Virus record (IMG/VR): IMGVR_UViG_3300021425_002093
Span: 1 to 64,000 of that record
Source: a virus
Strand: one strand, 5' to 3'
Length of the DNA stretch: 64,000 nucleotides
The notes below the pieces were generated by a model, which saw nothing but the letters and a program-made list of their open reading frames with translations, did no database searches and was not told the DNA's origin. This document shows positions 25,677 through 35,036 of the stretch, piece by piece; positions within the stretch are counted from its first letter, which is position 1, and every line of letters begins with the position of its first letter. The translations under genes and the position numbers were made by a program.

Positions 25677-26283
25677 TTATTTCTCCTATTCCTAAAACTG
25701 TATTATAAAAATCCATTTTTTTATTATAGTCAGGAATATAAACGCTCGGTTGCTTTCTCATAGCAAGCACTGCGTTCTTGCCGAATACCATCTTACCCCC
25801 GACAAGAATGGGGCAGGGAGTGCCAGCAGTAAACATGGCTTCCCAATTTTGCTTGTTTTGACACATACGAGATACTGCGGGTAGTATCATACCAAGATCC
25901 TTAAATACTTTTGCATCCCGCCTTCGATTGCACTCTTCATCTTGCTTGTATGCGCCACGAGATACACCAATGTCTAAAAGCTGAACTCCAGTGCCTCGAC
26001 TCTGTAAACACGTGTCACTACCAGAAGACATGAGTGATGGAGCGATGGCCGTCATAACCGGTTGAGGTGCGCCTGCTCCTGCGCCTATGTTTGTGGTAGA
26101 CCTATTATTATTATTCGAATTTTGTTGATTCGAATTCAAGTCACCATTCTGTTGATTATTAGGATCTACATCTTCTGGTAGTACGGGAAAAATATCCTCG
26201 AACTCAGGTTCAGTATCCCTAATATCTTGGGCAATAGCAGAACTACATAAAATAAACATAACGAGGATAAGTAAAGTTCTCAT
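25597..26283 (-). CDS. secreted Cys-containing protein
   Basis: Signal peptide; N/Q-rich tract; TAIAPSLMSSGSDTCL...DEECNRRRDAK...MCQ...GTPCP; late promoter at 26320-26327. Confidence 0.8.
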   Translation of the reverse strand: MRTLLILVMFILCSSAIAQDIRDTEPEFEDIFPVLPEDVDPNNQQNGDLNSNQQNSNNNNRSTTNIGAGAGAPQPVMTAIAPSLMSSGSDTCLQSRGTGVQLLDIGVSRGAYKQDEECNRRRDAKVFKDLGMILPAVSRMCQNKQNWEAMFTAGTPCPILVGGKMVFGKNAVLAMRKQPSVYIPDYNKKMDFYNTVLGIGEINETEETNGNELSISEQFRTSRTSSVE

Positions 26284-26341
26284 TTACAATCCCTACATTG
26301 CTATGTCATAGTGTACTCTTATTTATAGTAAACAAGTTCTT

Positions 26342-26560
26342 TTAATCACACATTTCATCAAAAATTTGTTTCAAAATTTGAGGTATTCCACACTCGTCAT
26401 TTAAATCGTGCAAAATTACTTTTTGCTCGACATACCCGCCATGAATGAGTTTTGAGATACGACAAACATAGTGATACTTGTCATTAGAAAAGCCGACTTT
26501 TATCTTTTTATCTTCAGAATAAAAGTCGGCTATAAAGTTTTCTTTTGTGTGTTTGCTCAT
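26342..26560 (-). CDS. hypothetical protein
   Basis: Coupled ORF. Confidence 0.55.
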   Translation of the reverse strand: MSKHTKENFIADFYSEDKKIKVGFSNDKYHYVCRISKLIHGGYVEQKVILHDLNDECGIPQILKQIFDEMCD

Positions 26561-27906
26561 TAGGCAGTAAGTACCTTTGCTCCAGTTTTGCGATTGTCTT
26601 CACGAGTCTGCATTACAGTGTTATCCACTGTAGTTACTCCCCCGGCTTCTTCCCCTAGAGAATGAGGAATAATATGGCCAGGCTCAAATGCAGACGTTAA
26701 AAGAGTGCCACGCTCAATCTCTACACCCTCAAACGTCTTGTAGCCATCTCGCTCAGCAACGATCATTCGAGTTGCTTTATCCGCACTACGATTCTTATCT
26801 AGCTTGATTGCGAACTGAGTCGGATCAAATCCGTACTCCTCAAGGATTGACATACGATACTGAATGTACTTCTTGTTTCGTAGCAATTCTCTGAAGATCG
26901 CTTTCCGGCCGGACTCGTACTCAACATCAGTTTCGTCCGCTAATCCAGTAGTAAGTACTGTCTTGTAAGAGTCGATGAAGTTGTTGTAGTTCTCTTTTTG
27001 AAGCGTATAGCCTTCTGATCGCATCTCGTTGTAGAACAAGAAAAGGTCAAGCAAAGCGTTCTTGTATCCAAGATCAGGAGCATTCTTTCCAACGACCTTC
27101 ATGAAGTCTTTGAATCGCTTTGAGAATGAAGAGATGCTTTGTTGATATTCGCTTGTATCATCATACATATTGCTAAATGTGATCGCAGTAGTCTTTGCTG
27201 TACGACCGTGGAAGAAGTGCATAGCACACGTGGCGATAAACTCATCAAACTTTCTTCGTGTTACATCGCCTTCACTGAAGAGTTTAGACTTGATGATATA
27301 ACTTTCAAAGTCTGAAGCGAGATCTCGAATCGTATTTGCTACATCAGAGATGATTGCGTTACGCTTCTCAGGCTCGTTCAAAGGCTTTCCGTCATTCATA
27401 CGAATGAAGATGTCTGATAATTGCTCACGAGTTGCTTCGATGGCTCGCTCAACTGTGATTGAAGCAGTTTCAAATGCAATCTTGAGTGCGGTGGGTAACG
27501 TAGAGTATCTATCATTTACGTCTTTCTTGATCTCATAAATCGTTCCGTTGATCTCATACTTAGCTGGCTTCAAAGGAAACTCATCACGCACAAACATCTT
27601 AATTGAAGTTACACGATTGTTCGAATCAACGTTAAGAAAGATTATGCCTCGATTTTGAGCAGATTCGAAGTAAATCTTATCACCCTTCGTACTTGCCGTA
27701 GCGGCACAGGCTTTTGTGTCAGCAAAAACAAACTTAGATGGAGCCATGTTTAGTATTAAGGATTCGATGAATTTTTGTCTGTTGTTAGTGTCCCATCGAG
27801 ATTTTGATTGGAAGCTGTAGTCGGCGACTATGTGATCCGCAATCTCCAGCATTTCCTTTACGAAGATTTGCTCAGTTTTAGATACAATCGGTCGATAGAC
27901 TTTCAT
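26560..27906 (-). CDS. DUF262 (ParB-like) plus C-terminal HNH-like protein, GmrSD-like
   Basis: FQSKSRW...FIESL, DSNNR (DGQQR equivalent), FIRMNDGKPLNEPE; C-terminal GHIIPHS...GG.T..DN.......N. Confidence 0.7.
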   Translation of the reverse strand: MKVYRPIVSKTEQIFVKEMLEIADHIVADYSFQSKSRWDTNNRQKFIESLILNMAPSKFVFADTKACAATASTKGDKIYFESAQNRGIIFLNVDSNNRVTSIKMFVRDEFPLKPAKYEINGTIYEIKKDVNDRYSTLPTALKIAFETASITVERAIEATREQLSDIFIRMNDGKPLNEPEKRNAIISDVANTIRDLASDFESYIIKSKLFSEGDVTRRKFDEFIATCAMHFFHGRTAKTTAITFSNMYDDTSEYQQSISSFSKRFKDFMKVVGKNAPDLGYKNALLDLFLFYNEMRSEGYTLQKENYNNFIDSYKTVLTTGLADETDVEYESGRKAIFRELLRNKKYIQYRMSILEEYGFDPTQFAIKLDKNRSADKATRMIVAERDGYKTFEGVEIERGTLLTSAFEPGHIIPHSLGEEAGGVTTVDNTVMQTREDNRKTGAKVLTA

Positions 27907-27937
27907 AATATAAACTCCTAGTCAATTTACTTAAATT

Positions 27938-28090
27938 TTACTGGGTTTTCAACATCTTGTCAAGATATTCTTGCTTTTCACTTTCGGATAAAATATTCAT
28001 GATGAGTCTTTTATTGTTGTGATACCAAACTCCATCTTTGTCTGCCTTAGGATAGGTCCAAACTTGTCGATTTCTAAAATCCGTACTCAT
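27938..28090 (-). CDS. 50-aa hypothetical protein containing a sigma70 promoter (TTGACA-17-TAAAAT) for the next gene
   Basis: MSTDFRNRQVWTYPKADKDGVWYHNNKRL... Confidence 0.45.
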   Translation of the reverse strand: MSTDFRNRQVWTYPKADKDGVWYHNNKRLIMNILSESEKQEYLDKMLKTQ

Positions 28091-28742
28091 TTCGATATTG
28101 CTCTCTCACCTCCATAAATTTGGCCAAATGCTTGTATGGAGTGTCTACAAACACTTGAGGATCGTCATTGTCTACAGCGATGACAGTAACAATCTTTTTG
28201 ATGGGGACTCCAGTTAACTCATAGAAGCAGGCAGCATAAACGGATTCTTGTATCAGATAGTTCTCAATCCACTCAAACTTTTTTTGCTTCTTTGATGTCT
28301 TGTAGTCGATGATTGCAAGCTCACCGTCCCACTCTGCAATGCAATCAACACGACCAGCGATCTCTAATCGATCTGAGTAAAGCGGTGCTTCTTGAATCCA
28401 AACATTATTCAAATGTTTTTCGAGTAAGGGCTTGATCGAGTTGAACGTAAAAATATTTGCAGGCATTGCGCCTTTTGACCAATCGGGATCATTGTTAACG
28501 TACTTCTCCGCCAGATCATGTACAGCGGTTCCACGAGTTGATGCTTGCGTAGAAATTTTAGTCGCTGTCTCTTCACCGACTCTCTTTCGCCACTTTTGTA
28601 TTGAATCCCTACTGAGCAAGCTGAGTACTGTAGTGATGGACGGGTAACGCTTGCCAGTTGGTGTAACGTATACCCGTCCAGTTTTTGTCATTTCGGCGTT
28701 GAGTTCAGTCAGCGCCTTTTCCATATTCACATGATTAAACAT
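28074..28742 (-). CDS. PD-(D/E)xK exonuclease (T4-like phage exonuclease)
   Basis: YPSITTVL, RGTAVH, AGRVDCI, IIDYKTS, Y.IQ...YA. Confidence 0.9.
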   Translation of the reverse strand: MFNHVNMEKALTELNAEMTKTGRVYVTPTGKRYPSITTVLSLLSRDSIQKWRKRVGEETATKISTQASTRGTAVHDLAEKYVNNDPDWSKGAMPANIFTFNSIKPLLEKHLNNVWIQEAPLYSDRLEIAGRVDCIAEWDGELAIIDYKTSKKQKKFEWIENYLIQESVYAACFYELTGVPIKKIVTVIAVDNDDPQVFVDTPYKHLAKFMEVREQYRNEYGF

Positions 28743-28745
28743 AAT

Positions 28746-29048
28746 TTAGTTAGAAATTACTTTCTTTGCTCCTTTGATCACAATGCCCTTATCTGCGGGA
28801 TCGATCATTTTGGTGATTGGACGACCTTGAACGAATACATTGCTAGTTGTTGTTTTTGTAGTCTGCTTGACGTGCGGTTTACACTTACTACCCCGCTTGA
28901 TTGTGTGAGGAACAATTCGACTTCCGAGAGCTGCAGTTGGTAGTCCTTCAGTCAATGTTCTATTTGCACATCTCCCAGTAATGGGTGCAGTAACCGTACA
29001 TAAGTGTCCAGTTAAAACTTTGTCTAATATTCTGGATGCTGGTCTCAT
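28746..29048 (-). CDS. PAAR spike-tip protein (gp5.4-like)
   Basis: RPASRILD..TGHLC...GLPTAALG...PH...NVFVQGRP. Confidence 0.8.
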   Translation of the reverse strand: MRPASRILDKVLTGHLCTVTAPITGRCANRTLTEGLPTAALGSRIVPHTIKRGSKCKPHVKQTTKTTTSNVFVQGRPITKMIDPADKGIVIKGAKKVISN

Positions 29049-29050
29049 TG

Positions 29051-29803
29051 CTAGAGTCCTAAACTGTCTCGATGTATTATATAGGACTTTACTAGATCAC
29101 TACGTACAATGTCCTTAGCTGTGAACTCGATGAACTGAAACTCCTTCATCTTAGCAATGATCTTCATAAAATTTCTCAGACCGGAGACTTCTTTCTTACG
29201 CTCGCTGGTCAGATCATCTTGCTTTACATCGCCACAGAAAATGATCCTGCAGTTTTCACCCACTCGGGTCATGACAGTGTGAAGCTCTTGGTCACTCATA
29301 TTTTGAACTTCATCGACAACCAGAATACAATCATCAAATGTAGATCCACGAAGATAAGAGGTTGAAACGAATTCGATGTTGGCCCTCTGTTTTAGGATCT
29401 CGTATGCATCGCCTCGTTTGAACAGTTTTGTACAGATGTCGTAGTAGGGACTCTCGTACACTTTCATTTTGTCTCTTTGATTGCCTGGTAGAAATCCCAT
29501 GTCTCTTGATGGGACAACAGATCGAATCACATACACTTTCTTATAGTAAGAGTTTTTGGCTAATACTTCTGAAATTGAGAAGTAAAGAGCAAGAAACGTT
29601 TTTCCTGTTCCCGCTATACCATGAAGCATGAGATTGTATCCATCATCCCACGCATCGAATGCAAATTCTTGTGTTTTTGTCTTTGGGAAAACCTCGTCTT
29701 TAATACCGAATCTTTGTCCCAATTGATTATTAGAATCTAAAACTCCTTGTTGTCTAAGTACTCGTTTTTGTCTTTTCGTTAGTCGTTCGGTTCTTTCAGG
29801 CAT
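29051..29803 (-). CDS. phoH: PhoH-family ATPase
   Basis: GIAGTGKT, GFLPG, YLRGSTF, VDEVQN, TRVGENC, GDVKQ, DIVRS. Confidence 0.95.
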   Translation of the reverse strand: MPERTERLTKRQKRVLRQQGVLDSNNQLGQRFGIKDEVFPKTKTQEFAFDAWDDGYNLMLHGIAGTGKTFLALYFSISEVLAKNSYYKKVYVIRSVVPSRDMGFLPGNQRDKMKVYESPYYDICTKLFKRGDAYEILKQRANIEFVSTSYLRGSTFDDCILVVDEVQNMSDQELHTVMTRVGENCRIIFCGDVKQDDLTSERKKEVSGLRNFMKIIAKMKEFQFIEFTAKDIVRSDLVKSYIIHRDSLGL

Positions 29804-29831
29804 ACTTACAGTATCCTTATTGTTATTATTG

Positions 29832-30080
29832 TTATCTGGTATTAATGGTGGATTTAGTGATCCCCTTAGAGTTGCCCTTCTTGATATGTTTTAGAAGTGA
29901 GTTAAAATTATCATCCGTTTTTCGGACGCCCAAGCGCATAGGATCACCAAGGGAAGGAGCCTTGGTGATTATTTTTTCAAGATGAGGATTATCTGCCTTG
30001 AATTGGTCGATTTCAGAAATTTTCATCAGGTGATCTGTTTCTTCACCTGTCTCTTTATCTCGGAATGTGTATATTGGCAT
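29832..30080 (-). CDS. FmdB-like small protein
   Basis: MPIYTFRDKETGE...NPHLE; late promoter at 30108-30115. Confidence 0.75.
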   Translation of the reverse strand: MPIYTFRDKETGEETDHLMKISEIDQFKADNPHLEKIITKAPSLGDPMRLGVRKTDDNFNSLLKHIKKGNSKGITKSTINTR

Positions 30081-30317
30081 AAGTGAGTAAATCCATATTG
30101 AACGTAATATTTATATTTTAGTACTCGCATGTTTTTCTAGCAAGAACTCAATATATGCATCTAATTGCTCGAACTTAATGAGATCCATATCTAAAGCTTC
30201 TAGCGCTTTTGCTTCCGCCTCTTCTCTGGTCATCACAAACTCCTTTTATATAAATAAAGTTGTAGTCCACGGAACGGCCATTCCCGACTACTCTAATACT
30301 GTAAAGGAGTATCAGCT

Positions 30318-30833
30318 ATGTCTATTTATGACCCCATCTCAGAAGCGCTAGGACTTGATCCTATCGACTTCGATTACGAACCCATGCCTAAAGCTATCAG
30401 TCTGTCTGAAGCGTATATTGGGGAACTCAATTCATTCTACGGTAAGACACACACAGAAGAACTAAAGTATCACTGGTCGCAAACTCGTCAAGGCAAAAAC
30501 AATGGTATGTATGGACGAAGTGTTGTTGCCGAAAAAAACTTGCGATGGTATAACAACGGTAAAGAAAACATCTATGTTACTGAAGGCACTCAGCCAAAAA
30601 GATATGTACCGGGTAGATGTAATCTAAAGCGTAAGCCACATTCAAAAGAGACTAAGCAAAGAATATCAAACTCTATGAAAGGAAACACTAGCAATAAAAC
30701 TCGTCAGCGTTCCGTTCTGTCTCCTCGTGGTAAATTGTATCCATCTATAAAAGAAGCGGCAAAGTCATGTGGACTAACCATTTCTCAGTTTAGATATAGA
30801 AAGATTAAAAACGGTAACTGGGTTATCCAGTAA
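30318..30833 (+). CDS. NUMOD3/NUMOD1 homing-endonuclease-like DNA-binding protein, no nuclease domain seen
   Basis: NSFYGKTHTEE, NGMYG, WYNNG, HSKETKQRIS, YPSIKEAAK; plus-strand TATAAATA at 30249-30256; AAGGAG RBS. Confidence 0.8.
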   Translation: MSIYDPISEALGLDPIDFDYEPMPKAISLSEAYIGELNSFYGKTHTEELKYHWSQTRQGKNNGMYGRSVVAEKNLRWYNNGKENIYVTEGTQPKRYVPGRCNLKRKPHSKETKQRISNSMKGNTSNKTRQRSVLSPRGKLYPSIKEAAKSCGLTISQFRYRKIKNGNWVIQ

Positions 30834-31419
30834 CTATCTCGTAGATCTCCTTCCAGTTTTGAACACGGACGGCAACGCCTTCATAGTCACTGTTATATTC
30901 CCAGGCCATCAGGATGCCGTTCAGACCAAGATCAATACCGACATCGCAGTTTTCTTTTTTATCTTCGATCCAGTAGCACTCGGTGTCACGATACTCTTCT
31001 AGCGCTTCGTCTTTGTCCGCACCCGTGTCTAAGTAAACATACTGCTCAAACACAGTTGGGCCAAAGAGTTCGCAGAGATTCTTAGTTCGAAGATGCTGAG
31101 CGTATTCATCGTTGCTCAAGCTAGTTACTGCGTGGAAGACGTAACCATGCTCTTCATGCAACTTTTTGACATACTTGATTGCATCACGAAGGGGAGGAAG
31201 CTTTCGAATAGTAGCGCTCTCATTGAACATTCGGCACAACTTCTTAGCTTCAGCACGAGGAATGTTGAAGATCTTATTGACTTCGTAAAGGTTGGGATTG
31301 ACTTCTTCATAGCCGTGACGCTTCATCCACTGGCGAAATGCGTACATCCAGTCAAGAAGAACGCCGTCACAATCAACTAAAATCACTTTTTCTTTCATTT
31401 TCACACTCAAAACAGACAA
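30823..31419 (-). CDS. HAD-family 5'-nucleotidase-like protein (T4 gp30.2-like)
   Basis: LVDCDGVLLDW, WIEDK, VQNWKEI; TTGACA-17-TATAAT at 31440-31468. Confidence 0.85.
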   Translation of the reverse strand: MSVLSVKMKEKVILVDCDGVLLDWMYAFRQWMKRHGYEEVNPNLYEVNKIFNIPRAEAKKLCRMFNESATIRKLPPLRDAIKYVKKLHEEHGYVFHAVTSLSNDEYAQHLRTKNLCELFGPTVFEQYVYLDTGADKDEALEEYRDTECYWIEDKKENCDVGIDLGLNGILMAWEYNSDYEGVAVRVQNWKEIYEIVTG

Positions 31420-31477
31420 TTTCCCACAAAACAGATATGATTATACTGTAAAAATGGCCCCGTGTCAAGGCTTTTTG

Positions 31478-31633
31478 TCAAAAAAAGCTGTTTCTTTGCT
31501 TAGTTTTCTGTCTACGTGCCCGTTGAATGGCGGATCTTTTCTTGTCGTAGCGCTTTGTGTCCTTTTTTCGCTCCTTAAACACTTGCTCTCCGTCCTCTTC
31601 CATCCACTCACGGAACTTCTTGTTTTTAGCCAT
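31478..31633 (-). CDS. 51-aa basic protein
   Basis: MAKNKKFREWMEEDGE... Confidence 0.55.
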   Translation of the reverse strand: MAKNKKFREWMEEDGEQVFKERKKDTKRYDKKRSAIQRARRQKTKQRNSFF

Positions 31634-31636
31634 TAC

Positions 31637-32122
31637 TTAACTATCCTTTTTTACCTTTGGAGGTCTACCTCGGCCTCTTTTAACGGGGGTGGGATCTACC
31701 GGATCCTCAATTGAGAATCCAAATGCTTCGACTAGTAAATCTGCTGGTAATTCTAGAATGGGCTTCTTTTCTATCATTCTGACAAGAAGTTTAGCGTCCT
31801 CTCTATCAACAGCTTCAAGCATCTGAATAAAAAGACTTTCTTTTCTGGCTCGTGAAAGTCCTGCACCTTCTTTCATGTTCTTTACAAAATAGGATAGTTT
31901 TCTACACTCCCTATACAATAACCCGTGAGAGTCAGGAAAGTCTGACGGGGTGTATGGGGGAGCAACGTTTGGAAGATCTAGCTCAAACTTGTTATCGTAT
32001 GTCAACAGCAAAACGTTACGAAGCTCTTTGGAGTTGTTTTGTCTAAGGTAAGCAATCTTGTCACCTCTGGTCGTCAAGGCCGCCGCTGTTTTTAAAATTT
32101 CGGACATAGATAAAGTTGTCAT
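31637..32122 (-). CDS. conserved T4-like protein downstream of rnh
   Basis: LP...PPY, RKESLFIQMLE...EDAKL; C-terminal AT-hook KRGRGRPPK. Confidence 0.8.
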   Translation of the reverse strand: MTTLSMSEILKTAAALTTRGDKIAYLRQNNSKELRNVLLLTYDNKFELDLPNVAPPYTPSDFPDSHGLLYRECRKLSYFVKNMKEGAGLSRARKESLFIQMLEAVDREDAKLLVRMIEKKPILELPADLLVEAFGFSIEDPVDPTPVKRGRGRPPKVKKDS

Positions 32123-32123
32123 C

Positions 32124-32975
32124 TCAAAACTCCTGCAAGTTTGTCATTAAGTGTTTTAGTTTGTTCTGAACGAAGTAGTTAAATAGCTTACTTCGATCCT
32201 TCGTATTTTCTTTTTCGTACTCCTCAAGAATACGACTCTTCACCTCTTCAGGTATCTCAGATAAGTCAATTAACATTTTGTTTCGCATGTAATTTCTTTT
32301 GACATCATCATCCATGTTATTTATATCACTAAATTGACACAATCTTTTTTTAGTAATTGGGCTTTGACGTATGCCAACAACAAGGCAGTTGTCTGCTGAA
32401 AGAATGTTAGGTACGCCATCTCCACTATCACCTTTAATAACGTGTTCGATTAGATATTGCTCGGGATCATCATTGCTAATCCATCGCTTACGTGTTGGAT
32501 CGTACTGCCTCACATTAGCATATTTGTGTAGCTGAATATAATCTTTGTCGCCCGACAAAATTAGGATCGGCTTACCCGTGTTTAAGATCGTACCTTCTTT
32601 GTGTACGATAGTACCTATAATATCATCCGCTTCACAGCCGTCGATCTGAAACACTCGATACGGAAAGTACTCCTTGAGTTCGTCACGAATGGTATTCAGC
32701 GATTCGAAAATCGCATTCCAATCCATCTCAGATTTCTCTCGCATTTTCTTGCGGCTTGCTTTGTAGTATGGATACATTTTTCTGCGCCAATAGTTTTTGT
32801 CGTCGCAACAGATAACAAGCTCTCCGTACTCATTGTAAAACTTAGTACGAACAGCCCGTAGCGAATTCAAGACCATATGGCGAATCATGCGCTCGTCTAT
32901 TTTTGCATTTTTATGACTACCCAACTGAGCCATCATATTCGAAATCATTACTTGATTCATATCAACTAGTATCAT
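32124..32975 (-). CDS. rnh: T4-type RNase H (5'-3' exonuclease)
   Basis: MILVDMNQ, YWRR..YP.YKA.R, EADDIIG, SGDKDYIQL, GDSGDGVPN. Confidence 0.95.
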   Translation of the reverse strand: MILVDMNQVMISNMMAQLGSHKNAKIDERMIRHMVLNSLRAVRTKFYNEYGELVICCDDKNYWRRKMYPYYKASRKKMREKSEMDWNAIFESLNTIRDELKEYFPYRVFQIDGCEADDIIGTIVHKEGTILNTGKPILILSGDKDYIQLHKYANVRQYDPTRKRWISNDDPEQYLIEHVIKGDSGDGVPNILSADNCLVVGIRQSPITKKRLCQFSDINNMDDDVKRNYMRNKMLIDLSEIPEEVKSRILEEYEKENTKDRSKLFNYFVQNKLKHLMTNLQEF

Positions 32976-33331
32976 ACGTTATCTTCCAACTCACTCAAAA
33001 ACTCTTTCATGATAGTTTCGTAATCGAGTTCGTTTCCGTCCTCGTTTCTAAAAATACCTTCACTAATTTTTTGCATGGGGTATTCTTTCTTGGCACATCT
33101 CATCACTAATGCTCGAACAGCTTCTTCAATAGCGAGAATATCGACGATGCACTTTACATCTTCTCCTATGTTATACCCCATTTCGTGTAGTGCTATAGTA
33201 ATGTCAAATGCAACATCGAAACCGAACTTATAAGCAAAGAACATATCTGGATCTTTAGCTAGCTCTTCGTCCATCTGCTTAAGTTCTTTTCGTCGTTCGT
33301 GCGCTTTAACAAAATCTATAACCTTACCCAT
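32972..33331 (-). CDS. hypothetical protein
   Basis: Coupled ORF. Confidence 0.7.
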   Translation of the reverse strand: MGKVIDFVKAHERRKELKQMDEELAKDPDMFFAYKFGFDVAFDITIALHEMGYNIGEDVKCIVDILAIEEAVRALVMRCAKKEYPMQKISEGIFRNEDGNELDYETIMKEFLSELEDNV

Positions 33332-34464
33332 TAGAACGCCTTAAGTATAATAGTATCACGATTAATTCGACCGTCAGCCTCTGTCTCGTTCGTACTAAGC
33401 GCTTTGACATACTTTTGTGCTTTTGTCTTGGTGGACTTAACAAGAGTCCCAAGCATTTCTTCGGGCTTGCGTATCTTCTTCTTGAAAGACTCAGCTTCGT
33501 TGAATCCTTGCACAGTAGTTCCTTTGATCCAGAAGCCGTCCACACGATCCGATCTAAGATATTTTAGAACTCGTGTCTTTGTATTGAACAAATACAACTC
33601 GTGCTTACCTATGATCTGTACAGGACTAATACTGGCCACTTTGTACTCTGAACTTTCTTTCTGATACTGAACCTTCTCGACCTGCTTGATCAAAGGCTTC
33701 TCTTTCTTCGCACGAGGCTTACGAGCGGCCTTTTTAGTTTCAAGATACTTTTGTAAATCAACTATCATCTCGTTGAGGAATTTAAGATACTTTGTCTTCT
33801 CTCGCTTTGTTAAGTGACTATAAGCCTCTACTAAATCGGGAGAAGTTCCCGATATTACTTCCTCCATTTCAGCTTTGTGAGTCTCTATAACTCGCATGGC
33901 TTCACGTGCAGATTGAGCGGCGGAGTTTTCTTTCTTCAGATGATTGTAGAGAGAATATGATTTTGAAATAGTATTTTCAAAATACTCGTCAATTGCATAT
34001 TCAATTTCCCCCACAAGTGTTGCTGTTTTTTCTGCTAGATGTTCCGCAGGAGTCTTGCGAGCGACCACAGTTTTCTCTACTTGCTGAACGTTATCCGACT
34101 CAGCGTAAGATAAAATAGAAGTCAACTGATTGTCTTGAAAGAGTTTGCATGACTCTGGTAGTGGGGCACCGTTCAACTCCATTCGACAGAGACCAGCGAA
34201 AGTACCACAAGTCCTCCAACCCTTAGCTCTCTTGTATTGCTTGAGTAAATTATTGGAATTCTTGAACTCTCGAATCCAATCTTCAACCCACTTGACGTAA
34301 GTCTTTTGTTCATAGAAGTAGCCATAATGACGCAAATTGGTCATTATAGTATCCATAAGATCATCTTCTTTTACAGAAGACCAGTCTAGAGTTTCTTCAC
34401 CGATATGCTTTGCTTCAATCTGCTTTGCATCTCGACGTGATGTAGTCGCTTTCTTAGCAGGCAT
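33331..34464 (-). CDS. conserved T4-like hypothetical protein
   Basis: LVEAYSHL, FNTKTR, KGTT..GF, GRINRDTIILK. Confidence 0.85.
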   Translation of the reverse strand: MPAKKATTSRRDAKQIEAKHIGEETLDWSSVKEDDLMDTIMTNLRHYGYFYEQKTYVKWVEDWIREFKNSNNLLKQYKRAKGWRTCGTFAGLCRMELNGAPLPESCKLFQDNQLTSILSYAESDNVQQVEKTVVARKTPAEHLAEKTATLVGEIEYAIDEYFENTISKSYSLYNHLKKENSAAQSAREAMRVIETHKAEMEEVISGTSPDLVEAYSHLTKREKTKYLKFLNEMIVDLQKYLETKKAARKPRAKKEKPLIKQVEKVQYQKESSEYKVASISPVQIIGKHELYLFNTKTRVLKYLRSDRVDGFWIKGTTVQGFNEAESFKKKIRKPEEMLGTLVKSTKTKAQKYVKALSTNETEADGRINRDTIILKAF

Positions 34465-34481
34465 AATATATCCTATAGACT

Positions 34482-34757
34482 TTAGTCGTGAACTCCTTGA
34501 GGAAACTTCATGTCGTTTACTTCTCGCAAACGATCCCAGCGAAAGGCTCGCCAGGCGTCTTTCTCCGTATCCCAGACTGAAATCGAAGCGTCTGAAGGGG
34601 GCTTTTTCATTCCATTATCTTTTACACTAGGCTCCCATCGAATCCAATCAGAATGTAACGTGGCGTGCATTTCACGAGGTGATCCATCCGCTTTTTCAAA
34701 AAGAAGCCTTACAACTCCTTCGTTTAAAAGATCACGGACTTTTTGTTTGTGAGCCAT
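34482..34757 (-). CDS. SH3/WYL_2-like beta-barrel protein
   Basis: FEKADGSPREMHATL...VWDTEKDAWRAFRWD. Confidence 0.8.
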   Translation of the reverse strand: MAHKQKVRDLLNEGVVRLLFEKADGSPREMHATLHSDWIRWEPSVKDNGMKKPPSDASISVWDTEKDAWRAFRWDRLREVNDMKFPQGVHD

Positions 34758-35004
34758 TATCAGTCTCCTTTTGTAAGAACTCATTTACACGTTTTTCAAA
34801 GTCAGCAAGACCAACGATGATATCGTCTCCCCATACTATTTGGGGGACCATACCAAAGTGAGTATCGATTTGATAAAACTTTTTCTTAGTTTCGATGTCA
34901 GCCCGAGCGAGACTAATGTACTCATGCTCAAGTTCAAAAATCTCAGCACACTGCTTAGCTTTCAAGCAGGCGAGGCATCCATCTGTTCCATATATTGTAA
35001 TCAT
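34732..35004 (-). CDS. glutaredoxin
   Basis: IYGTDGCLAC, VPQI. Confidence 0.8.
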   Translation of the reverse strand: MITIYGTDGCLACLKAKQCAEIFELEHEYISLARADIETKKKFYQIDTHFGMVPQIVWGDDIIVGLADFEKRVNEFLQKETDNGSQTKSP

Positions 35005-35036
35005 GAGTCATACTCTATCACATTAAAGCGAATGTG

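Noticed and set aside
28074-28742. Cas4 as a CRISPR component
   Set aside because: Lacks the Fe-S cysteine set and any cas context; it is the common T4-like exonuclease next to phoH.
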